Shown: positions 38,601 to 51,708, numbered from the stretch's first letter. The stretch is 64,000 bases of DNA from Balanoglossus misakiensis (GCA_040954595.2 CM082597.2:5833244-5897243); one strand, 5' to 3'. The notes: generated by a model not told the origin, from the letters alone. Numbers and translations: made by a program.

Positions 38601-39148
38601 GATTTAAATCCCGTGCTTAAGAATTGTGAGGATCCGACGGTGATTTTCTTACTATCTCATACAGGCTGTGAACTCAATAGTTGTAGCGGAAGGAGGTAGT
38701 TGTTAAGGGCCAGACTTTGTGCGAATGTTGTATGTAGTGTCTTAGAACTTGGGTAAAAGGGCCATTCGTTATTATCAAAGACCACTTTTCGGGAGATGTA
38801 GTTTTCAATGATTCACGCGTTGCGCTATGAAGGAAAAAACACGATCTCATACACGCAGCAGTTTCGCCAGAGCTGGGAGTGCATACACACCGTTTAGTTG
38901 TACTTAGACTCAAATAAACGGCTGAGAACGGCTGGGTTGATACGCTGGGAAATTATCAGCTATAGATTGGTAGTGTATCCGTTGATGACTGTAGGTTTGA
39001 CTGGGGCGATTACTGAGCTGGACCACTGTGAAGTTCGAGCGCCAGAATGTGAAATTAAAATCTGCAACAAAATGTAGAGAAAATAACCAGGTTTACCTCC
39101 GTGGAGATAGGTGACCAGCAGGAACAGGAGGCTGAGTCTGGCGTTCAT
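35607..39148 (-). CDS. Small secreted protein (~199 aa): signal peptide + atypical V-type Ig-like domain + basic Cys-containing tail
   Basis: Exons 39148-39097 (MNARLSLLFLLVTYLHG), 38431-38000 and 35722-35607; 600 nt, all introns phase 1. Ig-like signature VIISDCQFRDRGEYVIKV...FRLHV. Tail GENSTDHCSCRRRRRGRKAGHKVKSKSACQQDGNTECP*. Assignment of the last exon is inferred from acceptor and phase. Confidence 0.72.
37322..37677. mobile_element. ~350-bp palindromic TTAA-AGGGACA MITE (Kolobok-like), the most abundant family in the window
   Basis: Ends AGGGACAAAGT.TCTCTCTCGCTGCCCCTTTTTCCATTAATT and its reverse complement. Full copies also at 45943-46302 and 49706-50058; partial copies at ~31596-31880, ~45010-45256, 54153-54293, 56732-56957 and ~61960-62181. 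Confidence 0.88.
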
Positions 39149-39476
39149 GTTAGCCCATCTTCTCGTGAACGTCTTGTGATATAGGCAATGGCGACCTGCG
39201 ATGAAGCTATGGTTGACAATTAACGCGATGATTTGTGTCTGTGTTGCCTGGCTGCGATCATTCGTGATGTACAAACTCGGCTGACCTCGTCATCTGTCGG
39301 AAACAAACACATGCATACGTTGTTAACAGGGACAAAATCGCAAACTGTTCACATTAGTTTATGTTCATAGGCTTTTTATGTTTTTTTTCTATAACCTGTT
39401 GCCATGGCTCTAATCACGACACAACTGTACATTGAAATTTCCCATGGACTCTGCCATTGTTTAATTTGTGTCCATA

Positions 39477-39658
39477 TTAAAGGTATACGGTCACCTCCAA
39501 TTTACATACGTCCATATATGGCTGAAATGGCGTATTTGAGTGTTCTAAAGAACGCTTTATTTTCGTGTGTGCCACCCACTGAAAATCTGTGATTGGTTAG
39601 ATCTCGATTTACCATGGTAACTGTGGCTAAATTTGTATAGGTGACCGTATACCTTTAA
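39477..39658. mobile_element. TTAA-flanked MITE (Kolobok-like)
   Basis: Perfect inverted termini TTAAAGGTATACGGTCACCT ... AGGTGACCGTATACCTTTAA. Confidence 0.85.
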
Positions 39659-40359
39659 TATAACCAACCAAAATGATATATGTCAGACGTATACTCTCAT
39701 GGTGTATCCCAGCTTTTTCCAAGACTGCTGTGTGATACTGAAATGCGCGTCCGCGTTGCGTATAGAACTCCAGTGGACGCGACTCTAATCTAAGTGTACC
39801 CACGTATATAGAAGGGTGCGAGCTGAATTGTAGCGGCTTGTTTCAGTGAGCAGAAAAGCCCATCAAAAGAGATATAAATTATCAAAGTAAATCAAAAGTT
39901 AGCAGCTTTGTCCCTTTAAATTGAAAATATTTAATTTAAGCTTATCTATTCATTATGCAATTCAATGCAATAATTCTAGACTTTGCAGTAAATTGGTTGG
40001 CTCCAGCAAAAACTCTGGAACCTTGGATCGATAATGTGATATGCACATGTTATTCTGAAGTGCTTTTCATTGTACATGTTTTCTAAGGGGTGTACTTTGT
40101 ACATTTAGTGCTATGGTAATTATTCCACGTGTACGTTCTTGTTTGTAATTTCTCGAAATAAACAAGGTGTATTGCTATTGTTTACCCAGTCTACCTTTGC
40201 TATTGTTTACCCAGTCTAATTATTTAGTATAAATCTTTACCGCAGCAGAGTCTAATGTCCTCCCGAAGTTATAGTTGGCTGTATGGTAACCATCTCGCTA
40301 ACACGTGTAGTTTAATTACTAAACATATACAGCACTATATAACTGAGTCAGTTAAACAT

Positions 40360-40472
40360 CAATCTGATTAAAATTATAACGGCGACGTGGTTTTTTATTT
40401 AATGCTGTCGCCACACAGCGACAGCATAAAAAACACGTCGCCGTTCCCTACATCTGATTTTTAATCAGATTG
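40360..40472. mobile_element. 113-bp hairpin mini-element with 9-bp TSD
   Basis: GTTAAACAT on both sides (40351-40359, 40473-40481). TIR CAATCTGATTAAAA/TTTTAATCAGATTG. Inner inverted AACGGCGACGTG/CACGTCGCCGTT and ATGCTGTCGC/GCGACAGCAT. Confidence 0.85.
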
Positions 40473-42235
40473 GTTAAACATGTGATCATGATGTCCCAAT
40501 TTCATGTAGTATCTCGTACACAGTGCGTTCGACAGCACCGCCATAAGAAGACACATTTGTGACAGTTGCGCACTGCAATACAAGTGTAGATAGTGGCGCT
40601 ACATGCCCCCCCCCCTCCTCTCCCACCTCCTTCAGACGAGATTACACCGATCTGCATTTTCAGTGTTAAATTAATAATTAATCTACCGCGGGCCAGGTCC
40701 CTTGTCGCTTCTCCGGCCACTATTCATCTGTCGTGACGCGGGACAATAGACACGCACTCGCTCGGACATGTAAACAAGGAAAACGGAACCAAACGCGAAA
40801 AAATATATTAATAGATATTATGCCCGTTTATAAGTAGGATTCAGTCGTGATTGTGACGTCGTCTATTGATAGAATGCGTTTGGTTAATCACTGCGGTGAA
40901 AATATGCGGTTTCTGGAAGTTATTAGTATCAGGTTGGAGTGCGTCGTGACCGACAGGGGCGATACGCGGAAATCTGGACACTTCCCCCGGGACCAGGTAT
41001 AGATGTTTGTACACCGTGGTATTTTTTGCATATCTCGTCGTTCAACGTGGAAGCGGGTACAAAGGAACACTCAGGGCTTGTCACGACCCGCGTTCCAAAC
41101 GCACTCCACAAACCTCGCTGGACTTTCACAGCCAACAATGCAACGATATAACGGTTCAGTTTACCTGTGCCTCCGCCTGTCTGGTGATCATATCGCCATT
41201 TCAGCGCCCGCTTATTAATACCGACCACCGTACCTTGCACCGCTACAGCGTCACCAACGACACACTTTAAAGAACCACTCCGCGTCATTTTCAGTAATTC
41301 TGTTCTCTCCAAGGCGCCGGCAACTCCTCGGGTGAAAAAAATACCCAGCTGGCGAAGAAACAAGGTGAAACTTCACGCGAATATGCACGGATATGGCTGG
41401 TGGGTTTGATTGCGGTAAACTCTGTAATGGACCGGCGGGTTTTTCCCGTGTTATACCCATTTCCTCGTTCAGTGTATATTTAACTGTACAGGCCACGACT
41501 TGCTCCCTGTCCCACTCGTTTGGTGTGGAGACGAGTGGGCGTTTTTTTTTCTCATTTAAATTCGTATTGTGTGCTCATGGGCATTTCCCCTAATACAGAA
41601 TTAATGCCATGTTTGAGGAAAAGGCTTTATTCTTCTCAGTACATGTATTATTAAGGGTTAAAAATAACTGGGTGTATGGAAAGACAAAAACAAATAAAGA
41701 AGCAAATACGCCGACGAGGGCGCACTTAAAACACCGCGCTGACGTCACTAATTTCAAGTTTACAAGTCATGGCTGTGTAACTATAGGCAACACTTGACCA
41801 TTCGCGTCACAGGTGAACGTTGGAACATTGACTGCTGAACTGATGCAACCTTTGCCCGGCATAATCTTGACAGTTTGAAATGTCCTCTGACATGAATGAA
41901 GGCCACATCAACAGGTAGTCTGGTGAAACATCTCAAAATACATTTCCGTATACGTAAAGGCTATCTATTAATAACACGATTAGAACTATTTTGGGGATAA
42001 CTGCATACCCATAGAATGCGTACAAAAACGATAAGTATTTGCTGAGAATGTGGTATTTCTGTCATTGTTTGAACAAAACAAAATGATAAATATGTCGAGT
42101 GTGTAGGCTACATGTACTGTGCTGAGAGTTTTACAGAGTTTTATATTACCATGCAATTTAATTTACGTCCGTGCTACATCATGTAGACCTAAATCAAAGT
42201 TTATGACATACTCTTAGTCCAACCCTGAAGTCAAT

Positions 42236-42479
42236 TTAAAGGAAAGGGGTCGTCGCGCTGCGAGGGTGTCCCCCTTGAGGAGAATATGTCCACCCACACC
42301 AGCACAAACCCCACTGCAGTCGCCACGACCTACTAGGATCTTCAGTTGCTGTCATACCCAGTCTATGCTACGGTTGGCTGCTTTGTTCATTCTAAGAATG
42401 GTCTAATTTCAGGGATTTGTTGATGAATTGTAATGTTTATAAACAAACAAACGCGGCGCGACGACCCCCTTCACTTTAA
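42236..42479. mobile_element. TTAA-flanked MITE, same family as 32611-32843
   Basis: TTAAAGGAAAGGGGTCGTCGCG...CGCGACGACCCCCTTCACTTTAA. Confidence 0.85.
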
Positions 42480-43245
42480 ACCTCAGCCCTAGCCCCCCCC
42501 CCCCCCCCCCCCTTCATGTACTGGAATTTCCCTCAAGTGGTTTAGCGCCATCAACGGTTGTTGACTAAAAATGGTAAACGTAAACAAAATGGTGTACTGT
42601 GTCTGTCCGGAAGTTTGACCGAGCAAAATGTAAGAAAAAAGGCAGTGCAAACCATGACTGAAACTCTCCAGCTGAAGAAGTCGACTTCCAAAGGTTGCTG
42701 TGTTCCGTATGAGTTGGTTGAAAAAGCTGTAAGTTAAATTGAGATTCGGAATACCTCTCATTCCGTTATGATTTTTTTATCGTTCAACTAAGTTGCTGTT
42801 GCAAGTTGCAGATGTAAACATGTCATGATTGTTTACAGTACTTTAATAAACCCCAAGTTTCTTCTTTTTGTATCCTCATTGTTTGTCTGTGGACTCTTTA
42901 GAAATGCCAGGCAAGGAATGCTTGCATCTCTAACCTGCAGCTCTTCAATGTAGTGGGATATTATATATCCAAATGTGATTACATAATTACTTTGAACTTT
43001 GGCGATAGTGTTGCTCGTAGACATACTCAAACGTCTAGTTTATTGTATAAAATCGACGGTCGTGTATCATTCTCGAAAGGATGTTGTAAGCGTATCTTAT
43101 CACTAAGATTTTACTGGAGAAATCGTCAGTCACATGTGGTGTATTGAAATTGCAATAGCGAGGAACGATAGAAAAATTCCCCTTTGCTTTTTGAAAATGC
43201 CGCGGCCGCCCTGTAGTCAGCTTTGTAAAGTTTGTTTACCTTTTC

Positions 43246-46200
43246 ATGTCCGCCATTCGACTGATCTGCATCATAAAATTAATCGTATATGAAACCAAAG
43301 TAAGTTAATTCTTTGTTTTGTCTAATCAAAATTTATAAATTATCACAAAATCAGGTTGCCTTTATATTTGACCATTTCCTCGTGTCTCATCCTAGCAGTA
43401 GCTGTGGAAATGCAGCTGTTCCGCCCGGGGGAGGGAACCCCCCCCCCCCCCCCCCCCGGCGGAACAGCTGCGTTTCCACATCATGCACATTCCTACGAAC
43501 ATGTCCACACACAAAATTAATGTCACAGCCTTCAATCTACATTTTCTTCTCTTTTAAAATTGGTTTTCTTGTGTGCCAATCCACTGTCTCTAGTGACTAT
43601 CTTTGCAGTAAAACATAGGTAAATTATGAAAAACAACAACAAATTTTCCCCTTTTATATGACATGTTGGCACCCTCTAACAATTTGTCAAGGGGGACAAG
43701 CATCCCTTTTTGCCAGAATGGAACCCCCTTCCCCAAATTTTCTGGCAAAAGGAACACTGTTTTTAATCACAACATCTTCAACTATCTCTAGATATCCTTG
43801 GCAGAGGAGGTGAAAGTTAACTGTGGCGGTGTCTTGCAAGAATGGAATCAGATCAAACAAAATTGGCTGAAAGAAAATTATGAACAGCTTCCTCATATGT
43901 TGGTAAGTGGAAAGGCGACAGTACCTTGGTGTCGTTTGCTGATAATTGGCTGAGCTGTGTTCGAAACTTTGAACATGAAAATGACAATAGTAGCAGAAAT
44001 GGGTTCTGAACAATTCTGGCGTATTGTCATTTTCCTGATTTTTATATTGCATATCAAGGAATTTTAAATACAAAGAATGAGAAAAACTTTTAAAACAGTT
44101 TATAGTGGGTCACAAATATTGTGGAAAATGCAGAGTCAGCACTTTTCTCACACTCCTAATGCTATGGTTTTCCTATGGCAAAAAATATCTGAAAAGCTTT
44201 ATCAAAAAATCAAGCACAGTGACACAGTGTTTTCTTTATAACTTATATGCATGTATTTCCTCTTTTGGAAACTTTGGTGGTCTGGATATTTCAAGCTAAA
44301 ATAACAATATTGCAACGTTGTTTTCTTAAATTTCTATCGTGAGTACTATGTAATGTGATAGCCATGCTGTGAGTTTTTGCTTTTTTCCAGTATTTTAATT
44401 CTGTGTACTGAAAGCAATAAATTTGTTCTATGCCAAACATCACATTGATGATTGGTACCACATATCTTGTATGTTGTCGCATGTTGGGTGCTGTGTGGGG
44501 AATTGATTGATTCTCTGTTGCCAGCTACCGGATGGCCACCCTGTGAGTGACACAGTCAACGTACCAGCCAGACACTTGGAACGTCTGAAAGCAGAAATAA
44601 AACAGATGAAACAATTGCTACCAAAGGTTGTGAACCCAGACTACACAAATGTATTTCACAGACTACAATCTGCTGAAGAAGGTAATGTGAAAATTATCAT
44701 ATCATGGAAATGCCAAAGACCACTTTATTTCATTGATTTAACACAATAATATATGACCAGTGAGAGTGTTCCTTTCCGTTAAGGATGTACGCACAGAAAA
44801 TAAACTCATAAACAGTGCACGTGTGCCTGATCCCCATGAGGTTATATTGATATTTGCTAGAAAACAAACTTCTACTATTGTCATTTTCACGAAATTCTAC
44901 ACAAAGCTCAGTCAAGTAAATATAAATTCATTGGTCAAATAAAATTGTGTGGTCACCGCGCGCTCTAATCTGAGATAAATTTTGTTGAAATTGTTTGTCT
45001 ATAGACAAACCATTGGTGAAAATTCATTTTGGCGAGATTTTTACTCTCATATCGTACAAACGGGATGGAAGTTATGTAGGATATGAGAGTAAAAATCTTG
45101 CCAACACTCATACAGGTCTAAGTGAGATGGAAGTTGTGTGTGGTCGAACATTGATTCACTAGATATCCATATGCATATGTGCATTATAAACGGTGTCCTG
45201 TATCAAACATAATTAATGGAAAAAAGGGCAGCAAGAGAGAGACCTTATCCCTTTAATCTCTTTAGTGCAACCTATTTTTTCTCAAGTCAACAAAAAGTGA
45301 AATTTTGCTTCTGCAGATGTGAAGAGGCTAGAGAGAGAGGTTGGACATTGCAGCAATGAGAGAGAGCACTGGAAATCGAGATATCAAACAACATTGGATG
45401 AGTTAGAAAGAGAAAAAGCTGTGAGTCTATTTGCTTGTCCGTTGAGTGTTGTCAATAAAGGCCAAATAAAAAAATATGTGATGTTCCGATTACTCGACCT
45501 ACCCTAATTTTTGCCCGCCGACCTTAAACTTTCTCGAGCTTCGTAAACCGGAAGTAAAAATATTGATGTCAAAAATACAAAATTTATGAACATTCTGCGA
45601 ATCACGCAAGAACTATGATGTCATTATTCTACACTATGGCGGCCAAAGGTATAAAAAAAATTGCAAAATAAAAAATTTCCCTACCTACCTACCCTATTTT
45701 TGAAAACCAAGTAATCGGAACAACACATGTTATTTTTTGGCCTATTATACCTCTTTTTTCTGTCGTTTTATTTCAGGAAAAGTTAGAAGTCCAGTGTGAG
45801 ATGTCGGAGTTGAATAAACAGTTAGTCGATCAGTCTGAGTATTGTGCCACGTTAGGATCTGCAGTGTGTACAATATTGTGGAGAGTGTCGAGACATGAAG
45901 ATACCATAGAGTCATTCCTTGTTGGGGTGAGCAGTGATTCCGTTAAAGGGACAAAGACTCTCTCTCGCTGCCCTTTTTCGATTAATTATGTTTGATACAA
46001 GACACTGATTATGTTATTCTACATGTGGATATATTGTGAATTAATGTTCGACCACACACAATTTCCATCCCGTTTGTAGACACAAGAGTGAAAAAACTCG
46101 CCCAAATAAATAGTTGGTCTCTACCATTTATTCATTTTGGGCGAGTTTTTACTCTCATATCATACAAGCGGGATAGAAGTTGATCGTGGTTGAACGTTCA

Positions 46201-47545
46201 TTAACTATATATATCCACATGTACATTTTTAACATGAACAGTGTCTTGTATCAAACATAATTAATGGAAAAAGGGCAGCAGAGAGAGACTTTGTCCCTGT
46301 AATGCAAAATCCTGGGTATTTCACGCTTTTCTGACCATAATTATGCAAATATAATGGTAGATGCTAACACCAGTACGCATTGACTTTATAGTCACTTGAG
46401 ATATGCAAATTGTATTGAGCAAGGCTTACAAGTTAAAAATAATGCCATTTCTAATCATTCTGTTATTTTATTTGCATGCAGTCCAAAGTGGACGATTTCC
46501 TTGTCATGGTGCACCACACACTGGAAAGTTATGTCGCCACGTATCAAGATGAAATGCCCGAGGAACAATCTAATGAGGCACAGTTTGTGTTGGCTTTGTG
46601 TGGAATCATTACAAGTGAGTACAATTATGTACATGTGACTTCTTCCTGGCAATTTGCAATTCTAGATTTTTGCGGGGTGACCACAAGAAAAAAAGCGTGC
46701 TAGAAATAGGCATGCAAAGACTAGGTAAATTAAGAGTGATTGTACCTTTACAAATCGAGAACCAACTTTATTGTGCCTGAATTTATTTGTTTGACCATGT
46801 TTTGTAGAGTTACCATGGTTTTACCCTGCATGTAAATAGAACAATGCCAAATACCATAGTATGTCGTTGAGCAAGCATAAATTTGAGATAATAAATGTTG
46901 AGGATACCCTGGATATCATATATGCATATTAATTTTGTGTCCATAAAATGTGACGTTGTTTGTTTGCAAACATTTCAGACATTGCTGCTTCTGCCTATGG
47001 ACGCGAGTTTTTAGTGACCACTGCAAATGGCAAGACACTTCTTGGAACAATGTGTAGTGTCTTGTCCAATGTTCCTGTCAATCACAGTGCAAAGCTAAGA
47101 AAGTAAGTAGACCTCACGACTTGTCATTTGAACACCAAAATGGCGGTGCAACATTTTCTCATTTTTGCGTATTTTTATCCAATTTTTTCCTTAATTTTGG
47201 CTTACTTGGACATAGTTTTCCATTGTCCACAGTTCTTGATCAAAATTTTGGAAAAAATGTGAGAAAAGTTATGAAGTTTGATTTTGTGAAATACGACGAC
47301 TTGACATTGAAAGTGTTATTAAAATTATGATATCTCACAAGATCAGTTTTGGCCACTGATGAATCATGTTGATTTGTCAGAATGGGACTTCTATCGGTCA
47401 GGGTTTCGATGTTCAAATTCCTGAAACGTGATGAAATGCCCAGCCTTTAGCTTATAAACGCAACATAGATATGTATAGCCAGCATTGTTTTTGTGCCAAA
47501 TTTGAATTGGAGGGCCAGGGGTTCATTTGTCAACAATAACAGTGG

Positions 47546-47582
<37 letters not shown>

Positions 47583-48482
47583 TACAGAGCATGTTGATAA
47601 GTGCAGTACTGGGAACACAAGCATGCTATTTGGAGTAAAACAAGAAATTGCATGTGATACACAAAATAAAAATACTGGAAATAAAGCCAGAAATTACTGC
47701 TAATGTCCCTTTAATGTATAAACTGACATATTTTCTCCCCTTTCCAGTCTAATCTTAATGTGTCTGTATAATGTGAGTATCAACCAGAAAGGACTGAAGT
47801 ATGTCACCCACATGGACGGCATAATACCATTGCTGGCATGGCTTCTGACGGGCAAGTATTCTTCTGTCATTTGCTTTAACCCTTTCACCACCATGGTTTG
47901 GTCCAAATCTATTGTATTCTGTGGTTAAGTTGGATCTCAAAAGAGGGAACTGGGGGTGAAAGGGTTAAATATTGGACATACCTTGTTTTATTTACACGCG
48001 TAATTTAAAGTTGATCTTTTACAATTTCAGCTGAAAAAGAAGTTGAAAATCAAGCTCACACATTAATGTTACTACAGTCAATCACCAGTGCATCAGATGA
48101 TATATTCCTTCTTCATCAAGTCATTGAAGTGGTATGTAGACAGTGGTCACCATAATCTTTCTATCAGTTTATAACCCGTCGAACATCACTTATTTTATCG
48201 CCAAATTGTTGGTGCAAATTTTCTTTTTTGTGTGTATTTTTTTCTCATATTTGTCTTATTTTTCGACCAAAAGGACGTAAGTTTTCATTGCCTACAGATA
48301 TTTATCAAAATTAAAGAAAAAAAAAGTGGAACAATGAATTTGTAGAACTGACAAGAATTCTTGTTTAATGACAGTTGCCCATGGAAGTTTTGGAGAAATT
48401 TGCTAATTCCAGAAACCAAGATATCAAAGAGACCGCTTTGGAAATGATGGTGGATTTGAAAACTCTACAAACTGAGCCTTGA
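43246..48482 (+). CDS. HSF2BP: Heat shock factor 2-binding protein / MEILB2 homolog (coiled coil + armadillo repeats)
   Basis: Confident exons: 44525-44681, 45317-45420, 45777-45926, 46482-46614, 46979-47102, 47748-47851 (GC donor), 48031-48131, 48375-48482. Tentative 5' exons: 43246-43299 and 43792-43902. Motifs QSEYCATLGSAVCTILWRVS, EAQFVLALCGIITNIAASAYGREFLV and LILMCLYNVSINQKGLKYV match HSF2BP as I recall it. Confidence 0.88.
45458..45745. mobile_element. MITE with GGCCAAA termini (PIF/Harbinger-like)
   Basis: AGGCCAAATAAAAAAATATGTGATGTTCCGATTACT ... AGTAATCGGAACAACACATGTTATTTTTTGGCCT inverted ends. Confidence 0.6.
45943..46302. mobile_element. TTAA-AGGGACA MITE copy (HSF2BP intron)
   Basis: Same termini and internal inverted structure as 37322-37677. 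Confidence 0.85.
47876..47968. mobile_element. ~93-bp piggyBac-type MITE; copies at 52428-52521, ~56351-56445 and ~55735-55815
   Basis: TTAA-CCCTTTCACC...GGTGAAAGGG-TTAA. TTAA TSD with CCC/GGG ends is the piggyBac pattern. Confidence 0.8.
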
Positions 48483-49705
48483 CAGCAGAGGTGTGTATTT
48501 TTTATTGTGTACTATTATTTAGTCTATAAGATTTAAATGATATTCTAAAATCGGCATTTATTTGAATTCCAGGACACATTGCCAATAGGCATTAAGATTG
48601 ATGTTTATAATTTTGTTTCCTTGGCTTTTAATCAGATTGAGATAGACAGTGACATTAACAGTCTGTACTTATCTGAGAAAAAAAAACTAAACAAACCTGT
48701 GTCCACTTAAAATTAACCAGCACTGAACTCAGACTATTAATGTAAACCATTTTATTCAGTCGCAATCCCAACAATACAAAAAAGGTATATACAAACGAAA
48801 ACATTTCTATGGTTGGCAAAAGAAAATTAAGTAAAAGCACAGCACATTTTTGGCAAAAAAAATGACAAGAAAATAATCTGGAGTTGTTAAGTGAAAAAAC
48901 CAAGATTGTTTTGTGTCAAGTGGCCTTTGTACCACCAACTTCAAATAACTGTATCAATGTATACAACAGTTATAAAGTAAATCTAGAACTGACCACTTGT
49001 ACCCCTATTCATCTTCATATTATGGTACAACCCTATTGTTCTTATTGACATGGTTGGACTCAGACACAATGAAATAGGGATGAAAGGGTGTTCCATGTAG
49101 CTGCAACAGGAAAAGAAATTCATTTTCAAACTCATGACTTTATGTGCATCAAATATTTAATTAAGGATTTTTGTACCAGATTTTTACTCAAGCAACACTA
49201 GCATTCATGTTTGACCCACACTATTTCAAGTAATGAGAATTTTTCAAAACCTGCTATAAAAACTGGTTATACAGTGTCAAAGTAATTACAGCTGGTACAA
49301 TCAGAAAGTCTCAAACCAGTACATTTTGAAATGTCATAATTAAGAAAGTCTTTAAAATTGTGGAATGTAATTATGTTAGAGCAAAACTAAGGACGGAATA
49401 TAGACGGCATGAATACTGAGGTTGGCATAGGTATATTTAATGCTGAGAGTTTGAGTGAGAAAAAATACTGCAAAACACTTTGTAAGGAAACTCATTGTTG
49501 CTATGGAATGTTGTGTATCCAAGGTAAATAATCACATCCACAGTGTACAGTGGTTCCGTTAACGCAAAATCCTTGCGTAAAATTCATGCATTTCTGACTT
49601 AGTCAAATTCGTATGAGAATAATTGACGGTATAACTGTCGTCTGGCATGTTGTGGTTTGTGTCTGTGTAATACACATTGTTTCATTGGATAACATTTAGC
49701 ATGCG

Positions 49706-50058
49706 TTAAAGGGACAAAGTCTCTCTCTCGCTGCCCTTTTTCCATAAATCATGTTTTATACAAGACACTGTTTATGTTATTCTACATGTGGATGTATAGA
49801 GAATCCACATTCAATGACACACAACTTCCATCCCATTTGTTGGATATGAGAGTAAAAATCTCACTAAAATGAATAAATGGTAAACACCGATTATTCATTT
49901 TGATGGGTTTTTCACTCCCGTGTCTACAAGTGGGTTGGAAGTTGTGTGTGGTCGAACGTTGATTCACTATATACCCATGTAGAATAACATAAATGGTGTC
50001 TTGTATCAAACATAATTAATGGAAATAGGGCAACGAGAGAGAGACTTTGTCCCTTTAA
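49706..50058. mobile_element. TTAA-AGGGACA MITE copy
   Basis: TTAAAGGGACAAAGTCTCTCTCTCG...CGAGAGAGAGACTTTGTCCCTTTAA. Confidence 0.88.
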
Positions 50059-51502
50059 TGAAAGAACGATTTGTCATCCAATCAGCGCTCGCGTCACATA
50101 CAGCTGTGTGAGAAAATACAGCTCTACTGCCAAACTCCACGTATCTCTGTAAAAATAGTCTCTGGATAAAATAATTATTCCATCTTGTATTGAACACCAG
50201 GTAAATTTGGCACTTGTTATTGTTCAATTAATACTGACCTGATAAACTTCACCAACATATTGGTTATAGGATTTATACTACATTTGGCAAAACTGAATGT
50301 TACCGATGTTTTTAGTTACAGGAGTTAATGTATCTGGGGATTGGCAGAAATTTGTTGTGATAAAAAAAACAGAAGTGTTATTCTAGAAAGTCAATACATT
50401 GCTAAAGTGATATGAACAAACAGGAATATCTAAGACACACAAGCTGTAAAAAAAGGTTCGTTTACTGGGAAAAAAATATTTCAACCATGGCAAAACAAGC
50501 AGATTCGCCCCAATTAAAGGGACATTAGCTGTAACTTCTGGGTTTATTTTCAGTATTTTTTTCCATGTACCAAATGCTATTTCTTTCTCTACTCCAAACA
50601 ACGTGCTAATATACCCAGTATTACACCTGTCAACATATCCTGTTTGTGTGTAAAGACCATTGTTATTGTTGACAAATGAATTCTAGTCCGGACTTGAATT
50701 CAAATTTCGCACAATAACAATGAGGTGGAACAGTTTTTCATCTAGACGGGGGATGGGGGGGGGGGGGATTCACCCCTATTGACATGTAGGCACCCCTAGC
50801 AATTTGTCAAGGGGGGACCAGTGCCCCTTAAAATTATGTCATTCACATGTTGGAGATATAACAGTCCCCCTTACCAGAGTGAAATCCCCCCAAAAATATT
50901 CTTGCAAAGGGGACATATCCCCCCTCTTGATGGCATCCTGAATGAAACACTGGTGGTAGGGTTGGGTACTCTTTAGACATTAATTTCTATTCTTAACTGA
51001 ACAGTGTGTTCTCGAACTTCAACATTTTACATAACACTTGTACACTATCAATCTGTTTTGAAAATAATATTTACACCAAAATGTTCACTTCCAGGCTTAA
51101 AAAAACAGAAGTTTGTTTTTTGTATTCATTAAAAACTTTGCAGCTATATATAAAATAAAAACACAAGCTAATATTTTACAAAGTTTCTACAATCAGAAAT
51201 TTGCACAACAGTAGTAAGAATAACAGGTTCACCCTTGAAAATTAATCTATACAATTGTAAATTAACTGCATTTAATGGTCATTCTTGTGATGATCCTTCG
51301 TTGTGTGTAAACTTAAAAAAAAATTGCTGAAATTCATAATCATTTCGTAATCATTGTATTTCAGTCAAAACCTTTTTTGGGACAATGATTCTTAGGAATT
51401 TTATTTTTTGATTCAGTCCCTAATTGTGCTATAATTAAAAAGTTATTTATTGCTTTTGTTTTTCTGCTAATTTGTTTTGTTTTGTACACCCATAGCTGCA
51501 AG

Positions 51503-51627
51503 TACTGTAAAACAGGAAATTTTCGCGACAGAAAATTTTCGCAATATCAAAAGAGGCAACTGTTACGCGACGATTCTCGTATTTCACTGCATCGTTATCG
51601 CTTGCGAAAATTTCCCGTTTTACAGTA
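51503..51627. mobile_element. TA-flanked MITE family (TACTGTAAAAC...GTTTTACAGTA); copies at 52203-52403, 53972-54151 and 57231-57440
   Basis: Inverted termini TACTGTAAAAC/GTTTTACAGTA with internal TTTCGCGA motifs in four copies within and around the SAXO-like gene. Confidence 0.8.
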
Positions 51628-51708
51628 TTTCGGTGCATCCACGTCAGGGAGCAGAGTGAAAATGGGAACGTTCCATTACATTTCACGGGGTACACTTGGG
51701 CTAAACCA

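Noticed and set aside
40888-41600. Cluster of overlapping ORFs in a CpG-rich stretch
   Set aside because: No recognisable domain or consistent exon chain; may be a promoter or 5' UTR region, but I cannot support a call.
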